From the NCBI GenBank assembly GCA_017467865.1, contig JAFUKG010000032.1, positions 117,681 through 181,680 on the forward strand: a stretch of 64,000 nucleotides of DNA, written 5' to 3'. The notes under the pieces are model-generated. The model ran no database searches, was not told the DNA's origin, and was given only the letters and a program-made list of their open reading frames with translations. The first letter of the stretch is position 1, and each line of letters begins with the position of its first letter. The position numbers and the translations under genes were made by a program. Positions 11,725 through 23,093 of this stretch are shown here, in pieces. This stretch comes from Clostridia bacterium (lineage in GTDB: Bacteria; Bacillota; Clostridia; Oscillospirales; SIG627).

Positions 11725-13848
11725 TTATGCCTTAGCCTTGCCTGCAACGATTTCTTCCTGAATGCTCTTAGGAACTTCGGTGTAGTGGCTGGGTTCCATT
11801 GTATACTGTCCACGACCCTGTGTCTTAGAACGAAGGTCTGTGGCATAACCGAACATTGATGCAAGGGGAACAAATGCGTTGATTTCCTGAACGCCCTGTC
11901 CTACCTGCTCCATACCCTGAATCTGACCACGGCGGGAGTTGATATCACCGATAACGTCTCCCATGTAATCGTCGGGTACTACTACGACAACCTTCATGAT
12001 AGGCTCGGTGAGAACGGGGTCAGCCTTTCTCATACCTTCCTTGAATGCCATTGAAGCGGCAATCTTGAACGCCATTTCAGAAGAGTCAACTTCGTGATAA
12101 GAACCGTCATAAAGTGTTACCTTAACGTCAACAACGTTGTAGCCTGCGATGACACCGGATGTCATAGCACCCTGTACACCTGCGTCTACTGCGGGGATAT
12201 ATTCCTTAGGAATGTTACCGCCAACAACTTTGTTGATGAATTCGTAACCCTTGCCCGATTCGTTAGGCTCAATGATCATCTTAACGTGACCGTACTGACC
12301 CTTACCACCGGACTGACGTGCATACTTGTGGTCAACGTCCGCAGACTTGCGGATAGTTTCCTTGTATGCAACCTGAGGCTTACCAACGTCAGCTTCAACG
12401 TGGAACTCACGAAGAAGTCTGTCTACGATGATTTCAAGGTGCAACTCGCCCATTCCGGCGATAATTGTCTGACCTGTTTCTTCATCTGTATAGCAACGGA
12501 ATGTGGGGTCTTCTTCAGCAAGCTTCTGAAGAGCGATACCCATCTTTTCCTGACCTGCCTTAGTCTTAGGCTCGATAGCAACTCGAATAACGGGTTCAGG
12601 GAACTCCATAGATTCGAGAATGATAGGATGGTCTTCGTCACAAAGTGTATCACCTGTTGTAGTGTTCTTTACACCAACAACTGCGGCAATGTCACCTGCG
12701 TAAAGCTCATCAATATCGATTCTGTTGTTGGAGTGCATCTGAACGATACGTCCAAGACGCTCTCTGGACTGCTTGGTAGCGTTGTAAACAGTCTGACCTG
12801 CAGTCATCTTACCGGAATATACACGGATGAAGCAAAGCTTACCAACGAAGGGGTCTGTTGCAATCTTGAATGCAAGAGCTGCAAAAGGCGCATTGTCATC
12901 GGTAGGACGCTCGCTCTCCTCACCTGTAATCTGGTCAACACCCTTGATATTTTCGATATCAAGAGGAGAAGGCATAAAGTCAATAACTGCGTCGAGAAGC
13001 TTCTGAACACCCTTGTTCTTATAAGAGGTACCGCAGCAAACGGGAACTATCTTATTGTCGATAGTAGCCTTTCTGAGTGCCTTCTTGAGCTCGGGAATAG
13101 TAAGCTCTTCGCCTTCAAGATATTTCATCATGAGTTCATCGTCGGTCTCAGCGATCTTCTCGATGAGGTCTGCGTGATACTCTTCTGCCTTATCCTTCAT
13201 ATCTGCGGGAATTTCTTCCTCGAGGATATCTGTTCCAAGGTCGTTAGTGTAAATATAAGCCTTCATGCCGAAAAGGTCGATAATACCCTTGAACTCTGCT
13301 TCAGCACCGATAGGAAGCTGAATCGGAACGGCATTAGCTTTAAGACGGTCATGCATCATTCCTACAACTCTGTAGAAGTTAGCACCCATAATATCCATCT
13401 TATTTACATAAGCCATACGGGGAACATGATATTTGTCAGCCTGACGCCAAACGGTTTCAGACTGAGGTTCAACACCGCCCTTAGCACAGAATACTGTAAC
13501 GGAGCCGTCAAGTACTCTGAGTGAACGCTCAACCTCAACCGTGAAGTCAACGTGGCCGGGGGTATCAATAATGTTTATACGGTGCTTGTTAGCCTCAACG
13601 CTCTTTTGGTCTGTGTGGAAATCTGAATGTGCCCAGTAACATGTGGTTGCAGCAGATGTGATAGTGATACCACGCTCCTGCTCCTGCTCCATCCAGTCCA
13701 TTGTTGCAGAACCTTCGTGAGTTTCACCGATTTTATGAGTTTTACCGGTATAGAAAAGAATACGCTCTGTTGTGGTAGTCTTTCCGGCGTCGATGTGAGC
13801 CATAATACCGATATTTCTTGTTTTTTCAAGTGAACAATCTCTTGGCAT
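11725..13848 (-). CDS. fusA: Elongation factor G; arm-B copy
   Basis: Exact reverse-complement copy of 7019..9142 (identical 707-aa product). Confidence 0.97.
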   Translation of the reverse strand: MPRDCSLEKTRNIGIMAHIDAGKTTTTERILFYTGKTHKIGETHEGSATMDWMEQEQERGITITSAATTCYWAHSDFHTDQKSVEANKHRINIIDTPGHVDFTVEVERSLRVLDGSVTVFCAKGGVEPQSETVWRQADKYHVPRMAYVNKMDIMGANFYRVVGMMHDRLKANAVPIQLPIGAEAEFKGIIDLFGMKAYIYTNDLGTDILEEEIPADMKDKAEEYHADLIEKIAETDDELMMKYLEGEELTIPELKKALRKATIDNKIVPVCCGTSYKNKGVQKLLDAVIDFMPSPLDIENIKGVDQITGEESERPTDDNAPFAALAFKIATDPFVGKLCFIRVYSGKMTAGQTVYNATKQSRERLGRIVQMHSNNRIDIDELYAGDIAAVVGVKNTTTGDTLCDEDHPIILESMEFPEPVIRVAIEPKTKAGQEKMGIALQKLAEEDPTFRCYTDEETGQTIIAGMGELHLEIIVDRLLREFHVEADVGKPQVAYKETIRKSADVDHKYARQSGGKGQYGHVKMIIEPNESGKGYEFINKVVGGNIPKEYIPAVDAGVQGAMTSGVIAGYNVVDVKVTLYDGSYHEVDSSEMAFKIAASMAFKEGMRKADPVLTEPIMKVVVVVPDDYMGDVIGDINSRRGQIQGMEQVGQGVQEINAFVPLASMFGYATDLRSKTQGRGQYTMEPSHYTEVPKSIQEEIVAGKAKA

Positions 13849-13919
13849 AATTTTCTCCTTTCAGTTTTATTAAATAATTTCCGATTTTTTCACAAATATT
13901 AAAAATGGTAAAACGGAAA

Positions 13920-14390
13920 TTACCACTTGAAATGAGAGAAAGCCTTGTTGGCTTCTGCCATCTTGTGTGTGTCTTCTTTCTTCTTTACAGCGCGACCCGT
14001 GTTGTTGATAGCGTCCATAATTTCACCTGCAAGTCTTTCAGCCATAGTTCTCTCGCCTCTTGCTCTCGCATAAGTGATGAGCCATCTGAGACCGAGTGTC
14101 TGCTTTCTTTCAGGTCTTACTTCCATGGGCACCTGATAGGTAGAACCACCTACTCTGCGAGCCTTAACCTCGAGAGTGGGCATAATGTTCTCAAGAGCCT
14201 TTTGGAATGATTCGAGAGGATTCTCTCCGAGCTTTTCTTCAACGATAGCAAAAGCATCGTATACGATACCCTGTGCTATACCCTTCTTGCCGTCCAGCAT
14301 AATATTGTTAACAAGCTTTGTTACAAGCTTGGAACCGTATATAGGATCCGGCAGAACGTCTCTTTTTGAAATTTGACCTCTTCTTGGCAC
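13920..14390 (-). CDS. rpsG: 30S ribosomal protein S7; arm-B copy
   Basis: Mirror of 6477..6947, with the same GTG start and SD reasoning. Confidence 0.92.
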   Translation of the reverse strand: MPRRGQISKRDVLPDPIYGSKLVTKLVNNIMLDGKKGIAQGIVYDAFAIVEEKLGENPLESFQKALENIMPTLEVKARRVGGSTYQVPMEVRPERKQTLGLRWLITYARARGERTMAERLAGEIMDAINNTGRAVKKKEDTHKMAEANKAFSHFKW

Positions 14391-14545
14391 TGAACTTCCC
14401 TCCTTCATAAAATGATATCAGCGGTACTCGGAACAGTTTTCTGCCCCGTAAGTGCTTGAAGAAACCTCATAATCTATATATAAAAGTATGCTGTTATATT
14501 TCAAGCACAAGCTGTTTTTTGTCTGTGTCAAGTATCTGCAAAAGC

Positions 14546-14968
14546 TTACTTCTTAGCCGCCTTTGCCTTCTTTGCTCCATACTTAGAGCGAGACTGATTT
14601 CTGTTTGCAACGCCCTGTGTATCAAGTGTACCACGGATAATATGGTAACGTACACCGGGAAGGTCCTTTACTCTTCCGCCTCTGATCATAACAACAGAGT
14701 GTTCCTGAATGTTATGTCCAATGCCGGGAATGTAAGCAGTAACTTCCTGACCGTTGGTAAGTCTTACTCTGGCAATCTTACGAAGAGCTGAGTTAGGCTT
14801 CTTAGGGGTCTTGGTTGTAACCTTTGTGCAAACACCACGCTTCTGGGGAGACGGAACGTTTGTTGTCTGCTTCTTGAGGGTGTTAACACCTACCTGAAGT
14901 GCGGGAGACTTTGATTTGTAAGCTACCTGCTCACGTCCGTGTCTAACCAGCTGGTTAAATGTTGGCAT
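14546..14968 (-). CDS. rpsL: 30S ribosomal protein S12; arm-B copy
   Basis: Mirror of 5899..6321 (identical 140-aa product). Confidence 0.97.
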   Translation of the reverse strand: MPTFNQLVRHGREQVAYKSKSPALQVGVNTLKKQTTNVPSPQKRGVCTKVTTKTPKKPNSALRKIARVRLTNGQEVTAYIPGIGHNIQEHSVVMIRGGRVKDLPGVRYHIIRGTLDTQGVANRNQSRSKYGAKKAKAAKK

Positions 14969-15083
14969 TATTTTTCCTCCTTCTCTTTAATTTTTTATAG
15001 ACACACCGATACCCGCAGGGGTTCTCCCTGCGAGCTTCGGCAAAATCTAACTTGTAAACATAATTGCGCAGAATTACTAATAT

Positions 15084-15112
15084 ATTTTACATTATCAAGT
15101 TTTCAATGTCAA
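15084..15112 (-). promoter_or_regulatory. str-operon promoter; arm-B copy
   Basis: Mirror of 5755..5783. On the + strand tgtcaa is at 15107..15112 and atttta at 15084..15089. Confidence 0.5.
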
Positions 15113-15188
15113 TCAAAATGCAAAATAATTTTAAATTTCAGCAATTTGCACAATTACTTTTGTTAAAACTGACGGTTGATTGTCAATC

Positions 15189-18100
15189 TTAATCTGCTGT
15201 TGTGATAGCAGGAATTGTGTCATTGGGAGCAACCTCGATATCACGGTAGATATTAAGACCCGTACCTGCGGGGATAAGCTTACCGATGATAACGTTCTCC
15301 TTAAGACCGAGAAGGGGATCAACCTTACCCTTGATAGCAGCCTCGGTAAGAACCTTTGTAGTTTCCTGGAAGGAAGCTGCGGAAAGGAAGGAGTCGGTAG
15401 AGAGTGAAGCCTTTGTGATACCCTGAAGAACGGGAGTATAGGTTGCCTCTCTAAGGGTCGTTTCGCCCTCCTTAACTCTCTTCTCTATGATTTCGTTTTC
15501 GGTGATGATTTCGGAAACGTCAACAAGCGAGCCTGCAAGAAGGTTTGTATCTCCTGCGTCCTCTACTCTTGCCTTTCTTGTCATCTGACGGGCAATGACC
15601 TCGATGTGTTTATCGCTGATATCAACGCTCTGCAGACAGTAAACCTTCTGAACTTCGCGGATAATATAGCTGTAAACCTCGTCCATACCCTGAATTCTTG
15701 CTACGTCTGTGGGGAAGAGTGTTCCCTCTGTAAGCTTCTGACCGTGAACAACGTAGTCGCCGTCCTCGGCAAGAATTCTTGCACTCATAGCTACGGGGTA
15801 GCTTCTTTCTTCACCCGACAGCTCGTTCTTTATGATAAGTCTGTTCTTCTTGGTGTTGTCGATAATTACCTTACCGTCGATTTCCGCAATGATTGCAGTC
15901 TTCTTGGGACGGCGTGCTTCAAAGAGCTCTTCAACTCTGGGAAGACCCTGAGTGATGTCTCCGCCGGCGATACCACCTGTGTGGAAGGTTCTCATGGTAA
16001 GCTGTGTACCGGGTTCACCGATAGACTGAGCGGCAAGGATACCGACTGCTTCACCGATGTTAACTTCCTTGCCCGATGCCATATCGGCACCGTAGCAGTG
16101 TGCGCATATACCATGCTTTGAACGGCAGTTGAGAATAGAACGGATATGAATACCCTTGAATTCCTTTTTCTCTTCTTCGCTCATAGCGTTTACTGCATTT
16201 TCAATTGCGATAGACTGTTCTTCGCTGATAAGGTCTCCGTCGCGGGCAATAACGTTTCCGTCCTTATCGGTAAAGTCACCTATAATATATCTGCCCACTA
16301 TTCTTACCTTCAAAGGCTCGATAAGCTCGTTGCCCTCTCTGATTTCGGTAATCCAAGCACCTCTTGTATCTCCGCAGTCAACCTGACGGATAATTACCTG
16401 CTGTGCAACGTCAACAAGACGTCTTGTCAGATAACCTGAGTCAGCAGTACGAAGAGCGGTGTCGGCAAGACCCTTACGGGCGCCTCTTGCCGCGGTGAAA
16501 TATTCAAGTATGGTAAGACCTTCACGGAAGTTCGCCTTGATGGGAATTTCCAAAGTTCTACCTGAGGCGGTAGCCATAAGACCACGCATACCTGCAAGCT
16601 GTCTTATCTGCTTGATTGAACCTCTCGCACCTGAGTCAGCCATCATGAATATGGGGTTGAAGTTATCAAGGTTATCCTGAAGAGCCTTGGCAACGTCGTT
16701 TGTTGCCACTTCCCAAGTCTTGATAACGGCACTTCTTCTTTCCTCGTCGGTTGCAAGACCCTTGCGGTAGAGCTGAGTGATATAATCAACCTTAGCGTCA
16801 GCCTTTTCAAGGATGTCCTTCTTCTTGGGAGGAACTGTCATATCGGACACGGAAATGGTGATAGCGCCTTTTGTGGAATACTTGAAGCCCATAGCCTTGA
16901 TATCGTCAAGCAGCTTTGAGGTTCTTGCAATTCCGCAATACTTGATGGACGCATCAATAATATTACCAAGGTCGTCCTTTTTAACCACGTGGTTAACTTC
17001 AAGAACGAAGGCGTCCTCAAGAGTATTTCTTTCAACAAAGTGTAAGTTCTGAGGAATTACGCTGTTGAAGATAAATCTACCGAGTGTACAAGATACAAGT
17101 CCTGTAACCTTCTGTCCCTTGAACTCACGCTCTGCTCTTATCTTGATGGGAGCATGAAGTCCGAGGTATCCGTTTTCATAAGCCATATTAGCTTCATTGA
17201 AGTCACGGTATACGTTGCCCTCTCCCTTTTCGCCTGCCTTCACATAGGTGAGATAGTAGGAACCGAGTACCATATCCTGTGTGGGAACGGCAACGGCACG
17301 TCCGTTAGCGGGCTTAAGAAGGTTGTTAGCGGAGAGCATAAGAAATCTCGCTTCCGCCTGCGCTTCGCTTGAAAGGGGTACGTGAACAGGCATCTGGTCC
17401 CCGTCGAAGTCGGCGTTGAACGCTGAACATACAAGGGGGTGAAGCTTGATAGCACGTCCCTCTACGAGAACGGGCTCGAATGCCTGAATAGAAAGTCTGT
17501 GAAGAGTGGGAGCTCGGTTAAGGAGTACGGGGTGCTCACGGATAACCACTTCAAGAGCATCCCACACCTCTGTCATCTGATGCTCTACCTTCTTCTTAGC
17601 ATCCTTAATATTGGAGGACTTGCCTGTTTCAACAAGTCTCTTCATTACGAATGGCTTGAAGAGCTCAAGTGCCATTTCCTTGGGAAGTCCGCACTGATAA
17701 ATCTTAAGCTCGGGTCCTACGACGATAACTGAACGTCCTGAATAGTCAACACGCTTACCGAGAAGGTTCTGACGGAAGCGTCCCTGCTTACCTCTGAGCA
17801 TTTCGGACAGAGATTTGAGAGCACGGTTGTTGGGACCCGTAACGGGTCTTCCTCTTCTTCCGTTGTCAATAAGGGCGTCTACTGCTTCCTGAAGCATACG
17901 CTTTTCATTCTTGATAATGATTTCGGGCGCCTTCATTTCAAGAAGCTTTTTAAGACGGTTGTTACGGTTTATAACTCTTCTGTAAAGATCGTTTAAGTCT
18001 GAAGTTGCAAATCTTCCGCCGTCAAGCTGAACCATAGGTCTGATTTCGGGAGGAATTACGGGAAGTACGCTGAGTATCATCCACTCAGGGCGGTTGCCCG

Positions 18101-18752
18101 AAAGTCTGAATGCTTCTACAACCTCAAGTCTCTTTACTATTCTTGCCTTCTTCTGACCTGACGCTGTAAGAAGCTCGTTCTTAAGCTCCTCAGAGGTCTT
18201 ATCAAGGTCAATCTTTTCAAGGAGTGTACGGATAGCCTCGGCTCCCATACCTGCCTCAAATTTACCCTCGAACTTTTCCATAGCCTCGCGGTATTCCTGT
18301 TCGGAAAGAACCTGCTGCTTTGCGAGAGTTGTGGTCATGGGGTCAGTAACTATATACTGAGCAAAGTAGAGTACCTTTTCAAGCTGCTTGGGAGAGATGT
18401 CGAGAAGAAGTCCCATTCTTGAAGGAATGGCTCTGAAGTACCAGATGTGGGAAACGGGAGCGGCAAGCTCGATGTGTCCCATTCTTTCTCTTCTTACCTT
18501 CTTGGTAGTAATCTCAACTCCGCACTTTTCACAGACCTTACCGAGATATCTTACCTTCTTGTATTTACCGCAGTAGCACTCCCAGTCCTTTGTGGGACCG
18601 AATATCTTTTCGCAGAAAAGACCGTCGCGCTCGGGCTTGAGAGTTCTGTAATTGATTGTTTCCGGCTTTGTGACTTCGCCGTGTGACCACGAACGAATCA
18701 TTTCAGGAGAAGCAAGACCAATTTTAATTTTGGCGAATTCTTTATTATCCAT
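15189..18752 (-). CDS. rpoC: DNA-directed RNA polymerase subunit beta prime; arm-B copy
   Basis: Mirror of 2115..5678 (identical 1187-aa product). Confidence 0.95.
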   Translation of the reverse strand: MDNKEFAKIKIGLASPEMIRSWSHGEVTKPETINYRTLKPERDGLFCEKIFGPTKDWECYCGKYKKVRYLGKVCEKCGVEITTKKVRRERMGHIELAAPVSHIWYFRAIPSRMGLLLDISPKQLEKVLYFAQYIVTDPMTTTLAKQQVLSEQEYREAMEKFEGKFEAGMGAEAIRTLLEKIDLDKTSEELKNELLTASGQKKARIVKRLEVVEAFRLSGNRPEWMILSVLPVIPPEIRPMVQLDGGRFATSDLNDLYRRVINRNNRLKKLLEMKAPEIIIKNEKRMLQEAVDALIDNGRRGRPVTGPNNRALKSLSEMLRGKQGRFRQNLLGKRVDYSGRSVIVVGPELKIYQCGLPKEMALELFKPFVMKRLVETGKSSNIKDAKKKVEHQMTEVWDALEVVIREHPVLLNRAPTLHRLSIQAFEPVLVEGRAIKLHPLVCSAFNADFDGDQMPVHVPLSSEAQAEARFLMLSANNLLKPANGRAVAVPTQDMVLGSYYLTYVKAGEKGEGNVYRDFNEANMAYENGYLGLHAPIKIRAEREFKGQKVTGLVSCTLGRFIFNSVIPQNLHFVERNTLEDAFVLEVNHVVKKDDLGNIIDASIKYCGIARTSKLLDDIKAMGFKYSTKGAITISVSDMTVPPKKKDILEKADAKVDYITQLYRKGLATDEERRSAVIKTWEVATNDVAKALQDNLDNFNPIFMMADSGARGSIKQIRQLAGMRGLMATASGRTLEIPIKANFREGLTILEYFTAARGARKGLADTALRTADSGYLTRRLVDVAQQVIIRQVDCGDTRGAWITEIREGNELIEPLKVRIVGRYIIGDFTDKDGNVIARDGDLISEEQSIAIENAVNAMSEEEKKEFKGIHIRSILNCRSKHGICAHCYGADMASGKEVNIGEAVGILAAQSIGEPGTQLTMRTFHTGGIAGGDITQGLPRVEELFEARRPKKTAIIAEIDGKVIIDNTKKNRLIIKNELSGEERSYPVAMSARILAEDGDYVVHGQKLTEGTLFPTDVARIQGMDEVYSYIIREVQKVYCLQSVDISDKHIEVIARQMTRKARVEDAGDTNLLAGSLVDVSEIITENEIIEKRVKEGETTLREATYTPVLQGITKASLSTDSFLSAASFQETTKVLTEAAIKGKVDPLLGLKENVIIGKLIPAGTGLNIYRDIEVAPNDTIPAITTAD

Positions 18753-18772
18753 TATCTATTCTCCTCCTCTTC

Positions 18773-21700
18773 TTATATTTCGTCATCCGAATAATCGTCT
18801 GACTCTTCACTTGTTTCGTAGGTGTCCTGATACTCGTCGTCATAGAGCGGGTCATCCATATCATTGATTTCCTCGCCTATCATATCAGGGTCGATGTTAT
18901 CCTCTGCCGCACGAATCTTTGCAGTTTCCTCCTCGGAGTTTTCGTGAAGCTCTATCTCGTTTCCGTCAGCATCAAGTGCCTGAAGATTAAGACCAAGGCT
19001 CTGAAGCTCCTTAACAAGCACCTTGAAGGATTCGGGAACACCGGGAGTAGGAATGTTCTGTCCCTTGACAATAGATTCAAAGGCATTTACACGTCCTACG
19101 ATATCGTCGGACTTAACTGTGAGTATTTCCTGAAGTGTATAAGCTGCGCCATACGCCTCAAGAGCCCATACTTCCATTTCACCGAAACGCTGTCCGCCGA
19201 ACTGAGCCTTACCGCCCAAAGGCTGCTGAGTAACCAGCGAGTAAGGACCTGTTGAACGGGCGTGAATCTTATCGTCAACAAGATGGTGAAGCTTTAAGAA
19301 GTACATAATACCAACGGTTACAGGATTATCGAAGGGCATACCTGTACGTCCGTCGTAAAGAACAGTCTTACCGTCGATAACCTTAAATCTGCCCTCGGAC
19401 ATAAGAGCTTCAATATAATCCTTATCCGCTCTTTCTTCGGCTGTGAGACGGCGGAGTATCTTATTGCCGTTTTCTTCTATTGCCTCGTATACGTTCTTAC
19501 CGTCTACGTTTTCACCGGGAACAACGTCACGGTCAAGACCTGCAAGTCTCTGGAGCTCTGCAATATTTTCTTCCTTTGCTCCGTCGAATACGGGGGTCAT
19601 TATCTTGAAGCCGAGCTTCTTTGCGGCAATGCCAAGGTGTACCTCGAGCACCTGACCGATGTTCATTCGGGAAGGAACGCCCAGAGGGTTAAGAACGATG
19701 TCAAGAGGAGTACCGTCGGGAAGGAAGGGCATATCCTCGGAGGGAAGTATTCTTGATACGACACCCTTATTACCGTGACGGCCCGCCATTTTGTCGCCGA
19801 CAGAAATCTTTCTCTTCTGTGCAACGTAAACCTTAACTACCTTATTTACACCGGGTGCAAGCTCATCCTGATTTGCACGGGTGAATACCTTAACGTCGAT
19901 TATTATACCGCTTTCTCCGTGAGGAAGCTTGAGAGATGTGTCTCTTACTTCTCTTGCCTTTTCACCGAAGATTGCTCTGAGAAGTCTCTCTTCTGCGGTA
20001 AGCTCTGTTTCACCCTTGGGGGTAACCTTACCTACAAGAATGTCGCCTGAGTGTACCTCGGCACCGATGCGGACGATACCGTCAGCGTCAAGGTCCTTGA
20101 GAGCCTCGGGACCCACAGAGGGAATTTCACGGGTAATCTCTTCGGGACCGAGCTTGGTATCTCTTGCCTCGTGAGAATACTCTTCTATATGGATTGAAGT
20201 GTAAATATCGTCTCTTACAAGGCGCTCGTTGATAAGTACGGCGTCCTCGTAGTTATAGCCTTCCCAGGTAACAAAGCCGATAAGAGCATTCTTACCGAGA
20301 GCAACCTCGCCGTTCTTGGTTGCAAGACCGTCGGCAATAACGTCGCCCTCTTCTACTCTTTCGCCCTTTGATACAACGGGACGCTGGTTGTTACAGGTAC
20401 CCTGGTTGGTACGCTTGAACTTAATAAGCTTATAGGTATCCTTGATACCGTCGTCGTTCTTTATTATGATTTCGTCTGCTGTTACTCTGTCAACAATACC
20501 TGCACGCTTTGCAAGAACTGTTACACCTGAGTCAACTGCAGCCTTATATTCCATACCTGTACCTACGATGGGAGAGTCGTTTATCATAAGGGGAACAGCC
20601 TGCTTCTGCATGTTGGAACCCATGAGCGCTCTGGAGTTGTCATCGTTTTCAAGGAAAGGAATAAATGCTGTGGCAACTGAAACCACCATTTTGGGAGAAA
20701 CGTCCATGTAATCTATGTCTTCTGCATCAACAACGACGATTTCTTCTCTCTGACGGGCAGTTACCTTCTTGTTTATAAATCTTCCGTCAGCGTCAAGAGG
20801 CTCGTTAGCCTGAGCTACGATATATTCGTCCTCTTCGTCGGCAGTAAGGTATCTTACTTCCTTAGTTACAATACCCGTTTCCTTGTCTACACGGCGGTAG
20901 GGTGCCTCGATAAATCCGAAGGGGCTTATGCGGGCAAAGGTTGACAGGTAAGAGATAAGACCGATGTTGGGACCTTCGGGGGTCTCGATAGGACACATTC
21001 TTCCGTACTGAGTATAGTGTACGTCTCGAACGTCGAAGGATGCTCTGTCTCTCGACAAACCGCCGGGACCGAGAGCTGAAAGCCTTCTCTTGTGAGTAAG
21101 CTCGCCAAGGGGGTTACCCTGATCCATAAACTGAGAAAGAGGAGATGAACCGAAGAAGTCCTTGATAGCAGACATAATGGGACGGATGTTAATGAGAGCC
21201 TGAGGAGTTACGGAGTCAATATCCTGAATTGTCATTCTCTCCTTAACAATCTTATCCATTCTGAGGAAGCCTATTCTCATCTGGTTCTGAAGAAGCTCAC
21301 CGACAGAACGAAGTCTTCTGTTACCAAGATGGTCTATATCATCCTTGGTGCCTATTTCGTGGTAAAGGCATACAAGATAGTTGATGGAAGAAAGAATATC
21401 CGCTCTTGTAATGCTCTTGGGAATAAGCTCGTCGCGACGGCGAAGCATTGCTTCCTTAATAGCCTCTTCACCCTCGCACTCGTCAAGAATTTCAAGGAGT
21501 GTTGCACGGTCAACCATCTCGGTGATACCGATGGATGCAACCTCAAAGGGAAGTACCTTGTCGGGGTGTACCATTCCGTTGGAGAATATCTTAATCTCTC
21601 CGTCTGTACCCTCAACGTATACCTCTGTAATACCCGCGTATTCCATAGCTTCACCCTTTGCACGGTCAAGCCTTTCACCCTTTTCAAAGATTATCTCTCC

Positions 21701-22681
21701 TGTGAAGGGGTTAACTGCGTCGCGGGCAAGTGTTCTGCCTGCAACACGGCGGGAAACAGCAAGCTTCTTGTTGAACTTGTAACGTCCAACTGCGGAAATA
21801 TCATATTTCTTGGGGTCAAAGAAAAGGGATGCGAGAAGGTTCTCCGCACTCTCTACAAGAGGAGGATCACCGGGACGGAGCTTACGGTAAATTTCCTTAA
21901 GAGACTCCTCGTACGCACCTGTTGTCTTTCCCTCGGACTTAAGACGGTTTACAGTCTCGTCGATAAGGTCCTTTGCAAGTGTATTCTTAATAACGGTGTC
22001 ATTACCGAATATTTCAAGAACGTCGGCAGTTTCACTATATTCACGGGCAAGAGCGCGGATAAGAACGGTTACGGGTATCTTACGGTTCTTATCTATTCTT
22101 ACGTAGAATATATCGTTGACGTCGGTTTCATATTCAAGCCACGCACCTCTGTAAGGGATAACGGTAGCCGAATAGAGCTTCTTATCCATTTTGTCAACTT
22201 CGATATCATAGTAAATACCGGGTGAACGAACTATCTGAGAAACGATAACACGCTCAGCACCGTTAATAACAAACGTACCGTTGTCGGTCATTATGGGGAA
22301 GTCGCCCATGTAAACAACCGACTCTTTTATTTCTCCGGTTGCTTTATTGGTCAGTCGAACGTTTACCTTGAGAGGACAAGCGTAGTTTACGTCACGCTCC
22401 TTACATTCCTCTACGGGATACTTGGGATTATTGTCGATTGTGAAGTCAACAAAGTCAATATAGAGGGTACCCGAGTAATCCACAATAGGAGATACGTCGC
22501 GAAGTACCTCCATAAGCCCCTCTTTCAAAAACCACTCATAGGATTTCTTCTGCACCTCTATGAGGTTGGGCATATCGATAGCCTCGTCAATCTTAGAAAA
22601 GCTCATACGGATATTTCTTCCGAGCTGTTTCTTTTTAAGGCCAGCCGACTTCAGTTCTCTTTCATTGAGTTCTACAGCCAT
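18773..22681 (-). CDS. rpoB: DNA-directed RNA polymerase subunit beta, full length (1302 aa) with an acidic C-terminal tail
   Basis: Single ORF. The N-terminal part contains ..[32 protein letters not shown], typical of RpoB. The palindrome ends inside it at 20866, and 20867..22681 is unique. Confidence 0.96.
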   Translation of the reverse strand: MAVELNERELKSAGLKKKQLGRNIRMSFSKIDEAIDMPNLIEVQKKSYEWFLKEGLMEVLRDVSPIVDYSGTLYIDFVDFTIDNNPKYPVEECKERDVNYACPLKVNVRLTNKATGEIKESVVYMGDFPIMTDNGTFVINGAERVIVSQIVRSPGIYYDIEVDKMDKKLYSATVIPYRGAWLEYETDVNDIFYVRIDKNRKIPVTVLIRALAREYSETADVLEIFGNDTVIKNTLAKDLIDETVNRLKSEGKTTGAYEESLKEIYRKLRPGDPPLVESAENLLASLFFDPKKYDISAVGRYKFNKKLAVSRRVAGRTLARDAVNPFTGEIIFEKGERLDRAKGEAMEYAGITEVYVEGTDGEIKIFSNGMVHPDKVLPFEVASIGITEMVDRATLLEILDECEGEEAIKEAMLRRRDELIPKSITRADILSSINYLVCLYHEIGTKDDIDHLGNRRLRSVGELLQNQMRIGFLRMDKIVKERMTIQDIDSVTPQALINIRPIMSAIKDFFGSSPLSQFMDQGNPLGELTHKRRLSALGPGGLSRDRASFDVRDVHYTQYGRMCPIETPEGPNIGLISYLSTFARISPFGFIEAPYRRVDKETGIVTKEVRYLTADEEDEYIVAQANEPLDADGRFINKKVTARQREEIVVVDAEDIDYMDVSPKMVVSVATAFIPFLENDDNSRALMGSNMQKQAVPLMINDSPIVGTGMEYKAAVDSGVTVLAKRAGIVDRVTADEIIIKNDDGIKDTYKLIKFKRTNQGTCNNQRPVVSKGERVEEGDVIADGLATKNGEVALGKNALIGFVTWEGYNYEDAVLINERLVRDDIYTSIHIEEYSHEARDTKLGPEEITREIPSVGPEALKDLDADGIVRIGAEVHSGDILVGKVTPKGETELTAEERLLRAIFGEKAREVRDTSLKLPHGESGIIIDVKVFTRANQDELAPGVNKVVKVYVAQKRKISVGDKMAGRHGNKGVVSRILPSEDMPFLPDGTPLDIVLNPLGVPSRMNIGQVLEVHLGIAAKKLGFKIMTPVFDGAKEENIAELQRLAGLDRDVVPGENVDGKNVYEAIEENGNKILRRLTAEERADKDYIEALMSEGRFKVIDGKTVLYDGRTGMPFDNPVTVGIMYFLKLHHLVDDKIHARSTGPYSLVTQQPLGGKAQFGGQRFGEMEVWALEAYGAAYTLQEILTVKSDDIVGRVNAFESIVKGQNIPTPGVPESFKVLVKELQSLGLNLQALDADGNEIELHENSEEETAKIRAAEDNIDPDMIGEEINDMDDPLYDDEYQDTYETSEESDDYSDDEI

Positions 22682-22864
22682 TAAAACAAATCACACTCCA
22701 TTTCTTTTTAATCCAGCGAATTTTTTCGCAAAATGGTGCTTTATACAATGCGAAAACGCCTGTTTTATGAAAAATTTTCATCAGGTTCAGAAAAAGTTTT
22801 CAAAAAATTTACTTTTACATTTTCTGTAAAAAGGGCATACTTCGCAATTCTAATGCAGTATAGT

Positions 22865-22893
22865 ATCATATCACAAGTTTTGCACGTTGTCAA
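22865..22893 (-). promoter_or_regulatory. Candidate rpoBC promoter with an extended -10
   Basis: On the - strand: TTGACA (22888..22893), 17-nt spacer, TG-n-TATGAT (-10 at 22865..22870). This gives a leader of about 180 nt before the rpoB ATG. Confidence 0.5.
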
Positions 22894-22894
22894 G

Positions 22895-22928
22895 AGAAAA
22901 GAGGAAATATTTTTCAAAATATTTCCTC
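22895..22928 (-). terminator. Terminator-like hairpin immediately upstream of the rpoB promoter
   Basis: 12-bp perfect stem gaggaaatattt/aaatatttcctc with a 4-nt loop, followed on the - strand by ttttct. Confidence 0.5.
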
Positions 22929-22943
22929 TAACGAAGAATTAAT

Positions 22944-23064
22944 GAAAATTTCGCTTTAGCGAAATTAAAATTGATTGTAAATTTTGCAAAGCAAAATTGT
23001 CCGCAATTCATCATTCATCATTCTGCATTTTAAGAATGCATTCTGCATTCTTAATTCTGCATTC
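22944..23064. repeat. Mosaic of short hairpins and attctgcatt repeats; member 1 of a dispersed intergenic repeat family
   Basis: Hairpins aatttcgc-ttta-gcgaaatt (22947..22966) and aattttgc-aaa-gcaaaatt (22980..22998). The module aaattgtccgcaattcatcattc follows. attctgcatt occurs three times (23020, 23040, 23054). Related copies are at 40527..40564, 40962..41012 and 50199..50243. Confidence 0.7.
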
Positions 23065-23093
23065 AAAAAAGGAAGGCTTTCGCCTTCCTTTTT
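23065..23093 (-). terminator. Rho-independent terminator after the TIM-barrel gene pair
   Basis: Stem-loop ggaaggc-tttc-gccttcc flanked by A6 and T5 runs, directly after the stop at 23092. Confidence 0.7.

Larger units (their letters stand above)
1..20866. repeat. Perfect spacerless inverted repeat (palindrome): arm A 1..10433 is the reverse complement of arm B 10434..20866
   Basis: ORF-track entries in the two arms are pairwise identical in length and sequence, and their coordinates sum to 20867 (9197..10402 vs 10465..11670; 7019..9142 vs 11725..13848; 2115..5678 vs 15189..18752). Nucleotide spot checks (1..160 vs 20707..20866, promoter boxes, centre cta|tag) are exact reverse complements. 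Confidence 0.95.

Noticed and set aside
21329-22225. 298-aa ORF antisense to the 5' part of rpoB
   Set aside because: Embedded antisense in rpoB, with no SD and no recognisable domain.
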